Shown here in pieces: positions 1-44,139 of a stretch of 64,000 bases of DNA. The notes beneath the pieces are model-generated. The model saw only the letters and a list, made by a program, of their open reading frames with translations. It had not been told where the DNA came from and made no database searches. The stretch comes from Macrostomum lignano. Its lineage: Eukaryota. A program made the position numbers and the translations under genes. The DNA is taken from NCBI GenBank assembly GCA_002269645.1, contig NIVC01000716.1, positions 1 to 64,000 on the forward strand, in the 5' to 3' direction. Every line of letters starts with the position of its first letter. Within the stretch, counting starts at the first letter, position 1.

Positions 1-58
1 AACTCCCTCCCCGACAATCTTGAAAGCCGAGAAAGTGCAGAAGCGGCAATGAGCAAAC

Positions 59-26880
<26,822 letters not shown>

Positions 26881-28340
26881 TCCAGTGGGCCAAATTTACT
26901 GGAATTGGTCGCTAAATTTTTTCAGATATTGATATTGATTATGTCTTATATGTCACAGTAAACTCTACAAAATCCTTTTAAAGAATTTGGAGAAAAGATT
27001 TGAAATTAAAAAAGCAGCCAAGCTTGTAGCTACCGGATACAAAAAAGCATAAAATAATTATTAGGTCAATTCAAATTTTAGTTCGTTGCTTTAAAAATAC
27101 TTTAACAGCTGCTCAACTAATCTTAATGATAAAACTGTAAAAAAAGGTAGAAACTTTTGTTTAAACTAGCATACAAATACTCCGGTAAATCAACTAACCG
27201 GATTCAGATATCGATGGCAGCTAAGGCATTGAACTATGCATTTAAGTATATGACTAAGCTACTTCACTATTTCACTACTAAGCTACTTCACTAAGCTAGG
27301 AATGTTTCACTTGAATGAACTTTTATGACGACTCTTCATGAACTTATGATGTATTTATTAATGTAAATGTTAACGTAACAATATCGCTTTTTGCAAGCAA
27401 GTTAATTTAATGATGCTCCAAAGCCCAGCGCTAAAAGATTGATTTCTCAGTACTCTATGGTAGAAACCATGGGCTTTGGAGCAACCTATTTAATAATCCG
27501 AGCACTCATGTAGTCATTCCATTTTCAAGGGTGTCGCTTTGCTACAGATATAGACGCGCACACATTCAACATGGTTCAACATGGTAGAAGAAGAGAACGC
27601 TAGCGAGATGAGCTTTTGGAGTAAAATGGGGAGAGATTTTTCATCGCAGATGAAGCGCTACTACAAGCTACATGTAGAACAAGACCAACGCAGCACGTTA
27701 GGCAATGTGTATAATACATGTACATGTAGGTTTATACATGTAGGTTAGGTTTAGGCTGCTCCGCTTCATTTCGTGCCGCATCACTGGTGAAGTAATTTTA
27801 TAAAAAAACTACTGATGCACATGTAGCTATAATCTCAATGATTTTCACTGATCTGCTTTCTTACTTGAGACCTAGCTGCATTCATGTTTTCCCTAATTTT
27901 CTGCCCTATCAGTTTCGATTCAGTTTGCTCGGTTGTGCTCTGTTTTCTTTCTCACTAGTAGACAAAAATTGTAAAAATTACGAAAAATTGGATGAAAAAT
28001 TACGTAATAATTATGCAATTATTGTAATTTATTGGAAGGCAATAAATTGCAATTGTGCCAATTTCTGCTCAATAAATTGTAATTTTTACAACTCTTAAAT
28101 TGCACAAAATTGTAATTTTGGTACTTTAGAAAAGCTACATTGCAATGATTTGCATAGGTGCTCGCAACTTGTGCAGACCAGCTTTAGTGACCAGCCACCC
28201 CCCCTGCCTTTGTGCATCTGTTTGGGGCGGGCTGTACTTGCCCCGCCCCCTCCGCTGGCTATTTAGCACGCCGTTTCAGCGTTGCGCACAGTGTTCTCAC
28301 TGCTATAATTTTTTTATAGCAAAAAAAAAACTGCTGAATC

Positions 28341-29323
28341 ATGTCTGACTCTGAGGCCCAAATTGATCTGTCAGTGCCTAGCACTGTAAAGGCATTACGT
28401 GAGAAACTTCAGAGCCTAGGACTCTCCGTGCAAGGCAACAAAGGCGAACTTTTACAGCGATTGCGTACGTATCTAGATGGCATTGCGTCTGACATCGAGA
28501 ATGACGACGACGAAGATGTTCAACAGGTAGACTCTGATGCGGCAACAACGCGAAGAAAGCCCTGCAGCGCCACTGTGGAACAGCAGCAGCAGCTGGCGGC
28601 CAGGGTCAACCTCGAGGCAACTGGTGGATCAGCGTCTGGTGCAGCTGGCGGCCTGGACGACGAGCTGGCGGAGGCGGAGAAGCAGCTACGTCTGCTGAAA
28701 CTGCGCAAGGAGGCTGCCCAGTTGCAAGCGGAAGTCAACGAGCTTCAGAAGAAGACTGAGCCCCGGAAAAAGCCCGGTGAGTTGCTGATGAATCTGTGGT
28801 CGGACGATGAGGAGGAGGGGCAACGGAGACCGCTAGGAAGGAGACGTGCAAGGTGTACCGGATCCCAGAGTTCATTAGCAAGCGGAAACAACAGGACGCT
28901 GGTATCGCACAGTCACTGGACAGATCTGGTAGAGTCGTCTTCAAAGTTAAAGAAACTGCTATCGACTCGTTAACGATGGGCGACTGGATCTCTGCAAACG
29001 CACGCATTATGTTAAAACTGTTAGATGATGGCACCTTGGTTAAGAGCGGGCCAGGAGCAGTGGGTCAACCTGACGTGTCGGGCTTGCGTGACTACCTGCG
29101 CTACACTATCCACATTGGAGAGTTGTTCGACCTCGGCTTTGACAAGGCTCGCGTGATGAGGTTTGATGATGAATGCAGGCTGAGCCACACTGGCGGGTCG
29201 TCCTGGGAATCGCGCGGATCCGACCTAGGGCTTGTCGCGACCTACCTGATGGCTCCGATGAAGGTAACTGGTGCATTTTATTCGGACAGCTGTACAACAC
29301 TGGACACTCACCGGCTGATATAG
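28341..29323 (+). mobile_element. Decayed DIRS/Ngaro-type (tyrosine-recombinase retrotransposon) gag-like ORF with an N-terminal SAP domain; one frameshift near 28811-28850
   Basis: TVKALREKLQSLGLSVQGNKGELLQRL fits the SAP motif, followed by a coiled coil. The second frame has KVYRIPEFISK, WISANARIM, LRDYLRYTIHIGEL and VMRFDDECR, which I recall as DIRS-group ORF1 motifs. No intact RT or recombinase seen. Confidence 0.6.
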
Positions 29324-30994
29324 CTACTGGACATACATGTAAGGACAGCACTCCGTCGAGCGGTATCTGAAGAACTCTAAGTGGGCTTATTACAAGACGG
29401 TACAGATGTCCAAGAGCTTGGTACAATCAATGAGTGAGCGCAGCGCGATTCCAGGTGAGTCAGAGAGAATTGCGTTAAAGAGGGACGGTTCGTCATCGAG
29501 TCTGAGCAAGTCAATCTGGAGGAAGGATCAGGAGAAAAGCATGTGAAGAACGGTGGGCAATTCTATTTTTCAAACTGCTCGGTACACTTTCATTAATTGC
29601 TTTTGTTGCCCCAGAAAAACTATTAAAGCTAATTAGTTAATTAATATCGGAGAACTTTATTCGTGTGTGTTGACTGATTATTGTTTACTGATGGTTGATT
29701 GTTAATATGATGTTAACATGATATATAACATATAACATATAAACATATAAACGTCAATGACTTGCTATTTGTTTTTTTCAAATTTTCAACTTTTGCTATA
29801 TTTGCTACACCATTTTACCTCCTATTTTTAACAAAGTCTTGTTCAAAAGAAACGAGCAGAACTTCAATTCAAACGCTATAAGAAATAACAGCCCTTGCGG
29901 AAATTCAATTCAAACAAAGTCCCTTTCTATTGAAGCAGAACTTCAATTCAGACTTTCTGTGGCCAAAATTGTCCTCGAATGACACGCATGCGCAGATTTG
30001 AAATTCAAAAGAAACAAAGTCACATTCTATTTTGACAGAGATTTTTGCACATAGATAAGAGTACATTAGTACATTAATCTAATTTTTTGTTTTTCCTGTA
30101 CTGCATAACTGTACAATCGTTGCGCAAAAAGAAACGATATGAATGCTGAAGATCAGATTGAAGAAGACGATGAGTTGCTGGAAGATGGAATCGATTAATT
30201 TGAAGCAGAATTCGATGAAGATATCATGGAACAGCAGCCTCGGCAGTGCGCTATTGTTTAAGCAACAGTGACAGAGACCGCGTATCATCAGGGCTGCTGA
30301 TCGTGGGGATGACTTGTGGAACTGGCGCGCCAACTTGGAGTCAAGAGGTCAACAGCGAATACAATTGTGAGGTCAGGGAGAGCGGAAAAGCAGCCTACGA
30401 GATTGCAGACATCATTCAGGTCAAGCGACTTCCACCATACAGTCCATTTTTGAGTCCTGTGGAGAACTCGATCTGTTGGAAGGACACTCTGAAGAGAAAA
30501 CTGGCAGCAGACCAGCAAAATTTCATCGCTCCGATAGCTGAGCAGCACGGAAATCAGTCAATGGCGGCCTATCGGCGAGACATTCGACAACATGGTGGAC
30601 AGAACCATTGGCTGCATCTCTGTGGACAAATGCATTGAGTGGTTCAACCATGTGTTTACATGCGTCCCTCGCTGCGTTGGTGGACAGGCAATTGATGGTC
30701 AGGTGTCTCAAGTTGGCCAACTGACACTGTCTTGTTCCTGTTTTTCATTTTACTCTTATGTTCGTCGATATGCTGTGTTTTATCCCTTTGTCGAAATAGA
30801 ATGCGACTTTGTTTCTTTTGAATTTCAAATCTGCGCATGCGCGTCACTCGGGGACAATTTTGGCCACAGACAGTCTGAATTGAAGTTTTTCTGCTTCAAT
30901 AGAAAGGGACTTTGTTTGATTTGAATTTCTGCAAGGGCTGTTATTTCTTAAAGTGTTTGAATTGAAGTTCTGCTTGTTTCTTTTGAAAAAGACT

Positions 30995-31905
30995 TTGTGT
31001 CTAGTTTCGTTTGGGCCACAAACGATTGCGTCGACGGAAATTGTGAACTAAGTAAATTTTTGCGCGCCTTTCAGGCATCGAAACAGGAATACAACAGATT
31101 GCTTATCTGCGAATAGTCTATGGTCAAGCCGCCCCCCATCTTTGGATATTCCCAACGGGTTATATTTGGATATACCCATTTGCAGAAAAGCAATATGTAT
31201 ATTCCTGTATCAATGCGTTTGTGAGGATATTTTTTATTCAATACAACAAAGCTGAATAAACAGATTGTATACATGTACGAAAACGGCCGTAACGTGGGCA
31301 TAATGAAACGTGGACCAATTGTTCCGCAATAATCGATGAGTAGAGCTAGAATAGACAATAATTACACTCACATCGGCCGAATTGCATGGTTTGTTCCGAA
31401 TGGGATCCTCGGGGCAAGCCTCTTCTTCGCTTGGCAGTGGTGGCAGAGCATCATCGTTACCGCATTCAATGAATCGGATGAACTCCATCAACTCTTCGTC
31501 ATCCGCCTCGTCACGTCCACCCACACTCAAGTCGCTGAGAAAGTTGACCTCATTTCCATTCAAGCCGTCAATGCTTTCAATCGGCAAATTCGACCAATTT
31601 ATCATTCGTATGAGTGGCATGAATATAGGTTAGGGCAAACAGAAGAAACAGGAACATGTATCCTCTGCTGCAGAGTTCCCAGCTTATAAGACCACAACTT
31701 CATTTAACATGTTTCGTCTATGGTAATTTCAGACTGTTCCGCTTAACTTTTCGTTCCAGACGATTAGTCTATGGCCATCATTTGGCTTGCGCCAAGTGGA
31801 AAATGCCTATGACACAGATCCCTAGAATCGCTCAGTGAACAATTCCCGTCTGAGAAGTTGTGTCCTAGCCGTTTTGAATTGGTTTTTGGACGAAACTAGA
31901 CACAA
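30995..31905. mobile_element. Unclassified non-autonomous TIR element nested in the Tc1 right TIR
   Basis: 16-bp inverted termini TTGTGTCTAGTTTCGT / ACGAAACTAGACACAA; superfamily not assignable. Confidence 0.6.
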
Positions 31906-31911
31906 TTCCAC

Positions 31912-32009
31912 TATCGAGAGTTCACGCTTCACACACAACTGCCTTACCGCGTCTCGGCCTACCGGCCTCGACGCCATGGCAGTTGTGTGTGAATCGTGAC
32001 CTCTTGATA
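31912..32009. other. About 98-bp near-perfect hairpin (mini-MITE or pre-miRNA-like)
   Basis: Arms 31912-31943 and 31978-32009 are reverse complements with about 3 mismatches; the loop also pairs (gcgtc/gacgc). Confidence 0.75.
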
Positions 32010-32333
32010 ATCATACATTGTTCAAAATAGGAGGTAAAATGGTGTATATTACTTCTTTGTAATCGTACGTAAAGACTTTTCCGTGCAATGATGCTATTGC
32101 TGCACGGCATTGATGCACGGGCCATAGACAAACAATGTCCCTTGTTCCACATCGCACGACAAAATTGCTATACTACAGCTGATGATCTAACCGAGACCAT
32201 TAGGCCAAAGTCAATTTTAACTTCACAGATTTGAGCGCCATTTCAGCGCAGAGGGCAAGGAAGCTATAAGTTTACTGTAGTACCGGAGGGCACAGAAGCT
32301 GGGGCGCGATATATTTTCCCCAGTCAGTATAGT

Positions 32334-33060
32334 ATCACACGTGATAATGATTCGTTCTATGGAAAAGAAAGTCCGAGGATGCGTTTTTATCAGGCCGAGG
32401 CGAAGCCGAAAATAGCGTCCGAGGGCTTTTAACCAAAGATCAGAACGATCTTTTTATCGCGTGTGATAAAATTTAACCCCCAGTAAACTGATACATTTTT
32501 CATTGGGGGTTTTTAACCACAGACAAAATGTCAGCGATAAGAGACCTATCCAACTAATTGGTATAAGCAGCAGATAGTCTTAGACCAGATTGGAGTAGTT
32601 ACTAGCAGAGTAAACATGGAAATTTTTGAAGATATCTCAAATTTTGGCTGTCTTGACGATTTTTTCAACGAAAATACATCGTCTAGCGTCGTATATTCAC
32701 AGTCTAACACCATTTCTGCGTCCACATCAAGTGCATCAAGTGGTCGCTTTGCCAATTTGTCTTCTGATGATATTGAGTAGAAGATTCAATCCGCCATTCC
32801 TGATGGCACTAGGCGCAAGGAACAATGGGCTCTAGCTGTGTTCAACGAATGGAGAACTGTTCGTCGGGACAGCATAGGTGAGATTGTCGACCTGTTGGTG
32901 ATTCGTGAATTGGAGGAATGGTCACCCGGTGATTGGGATTTTTCGATGAAAAGGTTCTTCCTTGAAGTGCGTAAGAAGGATGGATGTAAGCACAATGCGA
33001 GCACTCTGAAGGATATTTTCGCTATGCTTCAGCACCATGTCACTTTTGTTCTTAAAAAGA
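32334..33060 (+). mobile_element. Crypton-like (tyrosine-recombinase DNA transposon) relic: a palindromic end region plus a pseudogenised N-terminal domain
   Basis: Inverted repeat 32334-32467 centred on ccgaggcgaagccga. Frame from 32763: IE*KIQSAIPDGTRRKEQWALAVFNEWR...RFFLEVRKKDGCKHNASTLKDIFAMLQHHV, similar to the Crypton/ZMYM-QRICH1-KCTD1 core N-terminal domain (from recall). In-frame TAG at 32778. Confidence 0.65.
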
Positions 33061-33662
33061 GTACTCGTTCTGGAAGGACCGCCGCTGCGAGGATGTCGCT
33101 CATGCTTTAAATTTATCACTTTTCGTCATTGTTATTCTTTAAAAGTTACTTTAAAATGATAGAGATTGTTATTCATGATGGTTTCGTTTCAAATATACAT
33201 TTCGTTTCTCAGTCCCGAAAGCCGGTCCTGAGAAATCGTTTCTCAGGCCTGGTTTATAGGCCTGAGAACAAAGTTCACTTGAATCTTGACCATAGACTAG
33301 GACTTCCACGTGAAAAGAAGAGCCTGATTAAAGGTCCGACGAACCCAAAACTGGGGGTTAAATCAGGTTTCATGGCCTTTGTCCTTATAGACTCTGCCCC
33401 TATTGGCAATAAAATGTAATGAAAAATGATCGAATCGCATGATTTCAGCTAAATCTAAAATGCTTACATTTTGGCTTTGGTTAAATATTTTCACAATTAT
33501 TTCCGCTGTATCAAATTTGTAGCTTTAAAATTCTGCACTGCTTGCTGATAAATGGCTGAAGCTGAAATTGACATTGAAAAGTAGCTTCTTTGCTTCCGAA
33601 CATTGAAAATAATTAATCGGTACATGTAAATTTAGCCCGGGGTTGAGATCCTCTTGATCAGC

Positions 33663-34076
33663 ATGGCAGTCCTTCAGCGACCCGTCTTGACTTTGTTCCT
33701 GGCGGCCACCGGCCTCGCGATTATGTTCTGCCAGCTGCCTCAGGTCGTGGCTTTTTGGAAGACCCGCTACTGCTACAACACGGAGAACAGCCGACTTGAG
33801 GACGGCTCTCTGCTATACAAGCTGGTGAACTGCAGCAGAGAATACCGGAATTGCTTCTCATTGAAGCTCTTGAGCGAGGGAGTGCCAGCAGCCCAAAAAC
33901 AGGGCCTGACGCAGGTACGTGCCGGTGACGTCATCAGGGGCTGCGCCACGGCCTTTGCTGGCGACGACCTGGCCGAGCTACACAGGCACGGCTTGGACCC
34001 GAGCAGCTTCCGCCTCTGCGATTCGGACCTGTGCAACTCCCGAGGTGCTGATGTCTGGGTGGTTGAGCGACCATGA
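33663..34076 (+). CDS. Small secreted three-finger (Ly6/uPAR/snake-toxin-like fold) protein, single exon, 137 aa
   Basis: Hydrophobic signal peptide; mature region with CY..C..C..RGC..CDSDLCN; GC-rich codon usage like the host exons; AG acceptor 1 nt before the ATG. Confidence 0.7.
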   Translation: MAVLQRPVLTLFLAATGLAIMFCQLPQVVAFWKTRYCYNTENSRLEDGSLLYKLVNCSREYRNCFSLKLLSEGVPAAQKQGLTQVRAGDVIRGCATAFAGDDLAELHRHGLDPSSFRLCDSDLCNSRGADVWVVERP

Positions 34077-36649
34077 CTCTGGAATGAGCATCTGCAGCTC
34101 TTCAGCTTTATACTGTTACAAATTAAAACAAAACATAAAATTGAACAAAAATTAAAATACGTAAAAGTATACATGCATCCTTCACCTCCGATCAACTGTC
34201 TACAAGAGTTATAAATAGTTTCTGAAAATATGTCAGATAATTTTAATCTGATTTTGGTTAGCGTTCACTATATTTTGTTTCGGCGTTGGTACAAGACAAT
34301 TGGCAGTTGTCCTGGCCAAGTGTTTTGAGTCGTAAATAATTGAGTTGAATTTCAGATTCGAACAACATATAGAGTTGTTTAAAATTAAGAAAACAATTAG
34401 CTAACACGCAACTCAAGAAACAGGAGTGCTTCTGACAAGATTTATCAGAAAATCATTAACACTTCAACTAAACACCAATGCTAGTTTACGAGTACAGTGT
34501 AATAACTTTGGAAGGCAAAGGCTGGCTTGTAGCGCAAAAAAGTTTGCTCTGCTGAACTGAAAATTGCAGACAGATACCGGTAAAGAAGTGCCTTTCCCAA
34601 GCAGAGTGGGAGGCACATTTATGGCCGTATATTTTGGGGTGGGTACACCCCGAGCTTCATAGAGGGAAGGCAGTGGAACGCACATAGACAGTGGAGAGAC
34701 ACAGACAATGGGGTGAGTCACACGCAGGCAGCCAGACAGACAGAGAGAGATGAGGAGCCAAACAGACACGCAGTGATTCAGACAAGGAGGGAAGGGTGCA
34801 TACGGAAAACAGGAAGAGTTCATAATGTCTGTTAATGTCCGTGGCACAAACGCCACAACGAGTAGCACTCATCTTGCTACTAAGTTCCTCAATGCTTCTG
34901 ATTGCGAGCCATCAGAGTCATTTTTAAATATCAATTTCTTAGTCACCAAGTCAGTTAAGCTAAATTTTCCACAATGTTGTTGCGTGACCAATTTAATTCA
35001 AAGTTTATCTGATCAGTCTGGAGCAGCTAGGCGTGAGGCCGATCACCTAAAATTGACGGCTGAAAATTTTGGAAAAAATTGGTTAGGGTTCTCTGATCGG
35101 ATGAGAGCCGATCCATGCATGACAACCACATATATGGAAAGTTCAAAGTTCACGTTCGACCTGCAAACGCGGCCGGAGTTACCCTGAAAAAGTTGTTGCA
35201 ATGTAACATGCATGTGAGAGCAGCCCGGTGCAGCGATAAAGTAGTGCTGCGATGGAACTCACTTTTTGCTCGAGCGAGTCCTTCAGCGTCTATGATCTCG
35301 GCGTTGTCAATCAGGACAGCATCCGCGACCACCGCCTAGCTGGAACATGCAACGTTCTGGCGGTCAGGTTAGAGCCTCTCGGATTGCAGGACCGCACTAT
35401 AGCAGAACGAAAGACAGGGCCCTATTATAGTAGTCAAAGCCGCATATCCTAGCTAGCGGACGTCGGGAACCCCTATAATTATATTACGACGAGTGTGGGG
35501 CTGGTAAATATACGCGCAGAAGACCGGCCGTCGTACTCTGTGTACATGTACATGTACGGGAAGACATCGAGACGGCATTTTTATGCCTAGTAGGCATTGT
35601 CGCGGACGGACAGAAGACACAGAACTCGATCCCAGTATCTTATACATGTAGCAGCTTGTCATAGCAATCAAGCCTAGTTAGTTCGCCCTCAACAATTTAC
35701 ATGTAGTTACAGCAGGGCCAGATCTTCGGCTTACGCGTCAAAGATCCGCCTCTCCGGTTGGCATCGACCCGCGCGTCGTCGACCGATCGGGTCGTTATAG
35801 GCGCAGAGCAGTCCACACAGCCTAAAATAAAAAGCACTGAGTAGCTGAACAAGCAGAAACGGCGCTATAAGAGTACCTCCCGGGAGCATCCCAGAGGATA
35901 TTTTGAAGTCCGATATTTTTTCCGGTGTTGACACAGCAGCTTTCGTGACACAGTACTGTTGAGTAGAGATTGAGACCATGCCAGTTTGTATACATGTGTA
36001 CTTTTTAGAACTTAACGATCAGCAAGGTCTCCAGTATACTTGTACTTATGTACAGTATGTTTGAGGGGCTGTACCGTCACGAAATACAGTATAGACATAA
36101 CAGAACTTACAGATCGTACTTCCGTTATATAAATCATTCCTCTGGGATTGATAAATTAAAATGAATGTACATTTACAGAACCATACAATGGATATTGTGG
36201 TATATTCAAACTGAAAAACTTCTATGGGAAAAGTTTTCAATATAATTTCTGACGGACGTGGCCATGAGGATTTCACTAGAAATCAGCAATGCGTGGATGC
36301 AGCGATGAAGAAGATGGCGCAAGCAATTTAGTATTACAAGAGTCTACGGTGAGCGCAGCATCAGCCAGCAGGAGAAAGAAGAAACTGTGGAGCTGATCAG
36401 CAAAGAGATTTGCAGCAAGTGTACAGACAGGATGCAATATCGAAAAGGCTGATCGCCGTACATTGTCATCTCCTTTACCAAGAAACAATTGTGTCCAAAT
36501 TCCGTATGGATGGCACCAAAAATGTATTATGCTTCAAAACAAGTTAGTATTTAACCCAGCAAACATTCAAGAGAATTTCATGTGCAATTTTTTTAATAAA
36601 TGGCTTAAAGTTATCATGAATATTCCAAAATGGAAAGGCATCTTGAGTT

Positions 36650-38259
36650 TTTAATTTTAAGATAGTTTTGTTATATACCTTAAATAACGTTACGGCTTTT
36701 TGACGGCAACAAGAAAGCGTCAAAAAGAAAATCAGATAAAATAATTTTAAAGAAATACGTTCCAGACATTAGAACTTTGTCGCTTTTGGATCTGCCATGC
36801 AATGGGTATCAAAATAATTCACTCACGTATATGAAAACAATTAAAAAGGCTGTATCAGCTACGAAAATGTGGTAAATTCCTCACTAGCTAATTACATTTT
36901 AGTAGTTTTGGCTCAGACTTAGACAGACAGAGCTAGGTGAAGATCTAGGGCATTCACATAAATCTTCAAACGAAATCAGACTGCCTCCCAGAACATGTTA
37001 AAAACATTGTTTTAGGACCATTCTATCATTTATTTAAATATCTAATAAATGTAGGCCTACTGCCTACACCAAAAAGTGTCATTTGATCATTCAAAATAGG
37101 CCTATTTTTTGCAAATAAGACACTCTTCAACTCTATAAATTAAATTAAAGAGCATTATTGCCAAATCAGGCTAACAATATATTTGTAAATAAATAATTAA
37201 ATCATATATATAAATATATATAGCAATAGCATATACTGCATATTCTCATATTCATTAAACATAATTTAAGATAGTTTTCTAAGTTATAGGCAAAACTAAT
37301 AAGCAAAACTTGGACTATAGATTTTATTGTATGTTTGAAGTTATAGGCTTATATAATATAGACTCTATCGTCTATGTTTAAAATAGTTAAAAGACTCTAG
37401 TCTATGTTTTTCTAAAGTAGGCCTAAATGTTTGAAAATATAAGATTATAGTATGACAATATTGATTTAATTAAGCTTTTATATAGTGTTCTTGTGTTTTT
37501 AATAATATATAAACATAATTATTAGTTATATTTAATTTCATAATAGATACATGCTATTTTTGCAATTTTTTTCTTTTTGTTTTACTGTATAATCATACAT
37601 GCCCAACCTTAAAATTTTACTAGGTACAACTTAGTTTTTCCCAATTGCAACTTAGTTCCTCTCAATTGCACTTTTCACTTTGTATATGACTTTTCTTGCC
37701 TTTTACTCTTTTCTTTTCTTTCTCTTTCTCTTTCCTCTTTCTCCTCTCTTTCTCTCTCCTTTCTTTTTTCTTTTCCTCTCCTTTCTTCTCCCAATTTTTG
37801 TTTTTTGCATTTTTTTATAACTAGGCCTAACCTTGGACAGTGGCCATTTCACTTGTCTAGTTTGGATGGGTTGGATAGGTGTTAGGCATGTATGTATATG
37901 ATTCTAAGATATAGTATAATATTTAAAATGCAGGTGGAATTCAATTTTGTAACCTTCTTCTCATGTTGCCCTCCTGATTGGTTGAGCTAGGCCTATATAT
38001 CCATTTCTATTCACTAAGATCATTAAATTGTTACCAGATTATTTACCAATAAAACATAAAAATATTTATAATAAAAATTAGCTGTTTACACTCAAACTAA
38101 TAATCTGCTACAATATCAATAGGTTAGTTATTTCAATTAGAAATAGAATGAATAATTAGTTTTTAGATTTATTTAAAAAATTGATCATTTTTTAAACATT
38201 TATTTGTTTCTTGAATTCATTTTTAGTAAAATTTCTTAATACCAAACAAACAAAACAAG

Positions 38260-38294
<35 letters not shown>

Positions 38295-38700
38295 GCTATA
38301 GTTGTTATAAATAATAAAAAAGTTTTGCATGAATTTTAGGTTTGTTATAGCTAAAGAGTTATAGCCTAATGGTTAATGTTATGACTAAATAAATGTTAGT
38401 TATAAAGTGGCCAATATCACTAGCTTTAGATATAGAAAATATACATTCCTGTAACAATATTTGTATCTATATGTTCTGTCTAAAAACCTCCATATTCATA
38501 ACTTCCCATAGCCATATCCATAGCTATGACCAACTCTAGGACCTAATTACCCTAAAATCAAGTTTCAGTTGTGGGTGTCAGCAGGAGAAAGATTTCATCT
38601 GATTTTTTCAATTTTCATATTCATATTCATATTTAGAAATATTGATGGTTCATTCCATCTCTAGCATTAATATCCTGTTTTACCTGCTCATTGGTTAGTA
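36650..38700. other. AT-rich non-coding tract with CT-rich (37690-37790) and (TA)n (38260-38286) segments
   Basis: No ORFs in the track; visible low complexity. Confidence 0.8.
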
Positions 38701-38729
38701 ACAATAATTTTTTATTAGTGAAGCAATGT

Positions 38730-39385
38730 GCCAATCTTAGGCATAAGCAGCCATATGCTAATCATAGGCATAAGCAGCCATATGCTAATCATAGGCATAA
38801 GCAACCATATGCTAATCATAGGCATAAGCAGCCATATGCTAATCATAGGCATAAGCAACCATATGCCAATCTTAGGCATAAGCAGCCATATGATAATCAT
38901 AGGCATAAGCAACCATATGCTAATCATAGGCATAAGCAACCATATGCTAATCATAGGCATAAGCAACCATATGCTAATCATAGGCATAAGCAACCATATG
39001 CTAATCATAGGCATAAGCAGCCATATGCTAATCATAGGCATAAGCAACCATATGCTAATCATAGGCATAAGCAACCATATGCTAATCATAGGCATAAGCA
39101 ACCATATGCTAATCATAGGCATAAGCAACCATATGCTAATCATAGGCATAAGCAACCATATGCTAATCATAGGCATAAGCAGCCATATGCTAATCATAGG
39201 CATAAGCAACCATATGCTAATCATAGGCATAAGCAGCCATATGCTAATCATAGGCATAAGCAACCATATGCTAATCATAGGCATAAGCAACCATATGCTA
39301 ATCATAGGCATAAGCAGCCATATGCTAATCATAGGCATAAGCAACCATATGCTAATCATAGGCATAAGCAGCCAAATGCTAATCA
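38730..39385. repeat. Minisatellite, 27-bp unit (ggcataagcaaccatatgctaatcata), ending about 25 bp before the ATP synthase beta ATG
   Basis: About 24 direct copies. Confidence 0.97.
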
Positions 39386-39408
39386 TAGCAAGCTGAAAAC
39401 TGCAGACC

Positions 39409-44139
<4,731 letters not shown>

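Larger units (their letters stand above)
29808..32044 (+). mobile_element. Decayed Tc1/mariner (IS630-like) DNA transposon with long TIRs; the right TIR is split by nested insertions
   Basis: TA at 29806-7 and 32045-6. Left TIR CACCATTTTACCTCCTATTTT..ACAAAGTC runs to about 30050. Its inverted copy is at about 30785-30998, with the outermost part displaced to 32018-32044. An internal remnant KRLPPYSPFLSPVENSICWKDTLKRKL (about 30421-30500) matches the DDE C-terminal LPPYSPxLNPIE motif. Confidence 0.8.

Noticed and set aside
28811-28850. Programmed -1 ribosomal frameshift in the gag-like ORF
   Set aside because: No X XXY YYZ slippery heptamer is visible; a decay indel or sequencing error is simpler
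34464-36500. Short ORFs, including a GVPTPKY motif reminiscent of ATP-grasp enzymes
   Set aside because: No supporting motifs, splice structure or coding-like composition
38691-39408. N-terminal HKQPYANHR repeat protein upstream of ATP synthase beta
   Set aside because: It is the 27-bp array, in a different frame from the beta CDS
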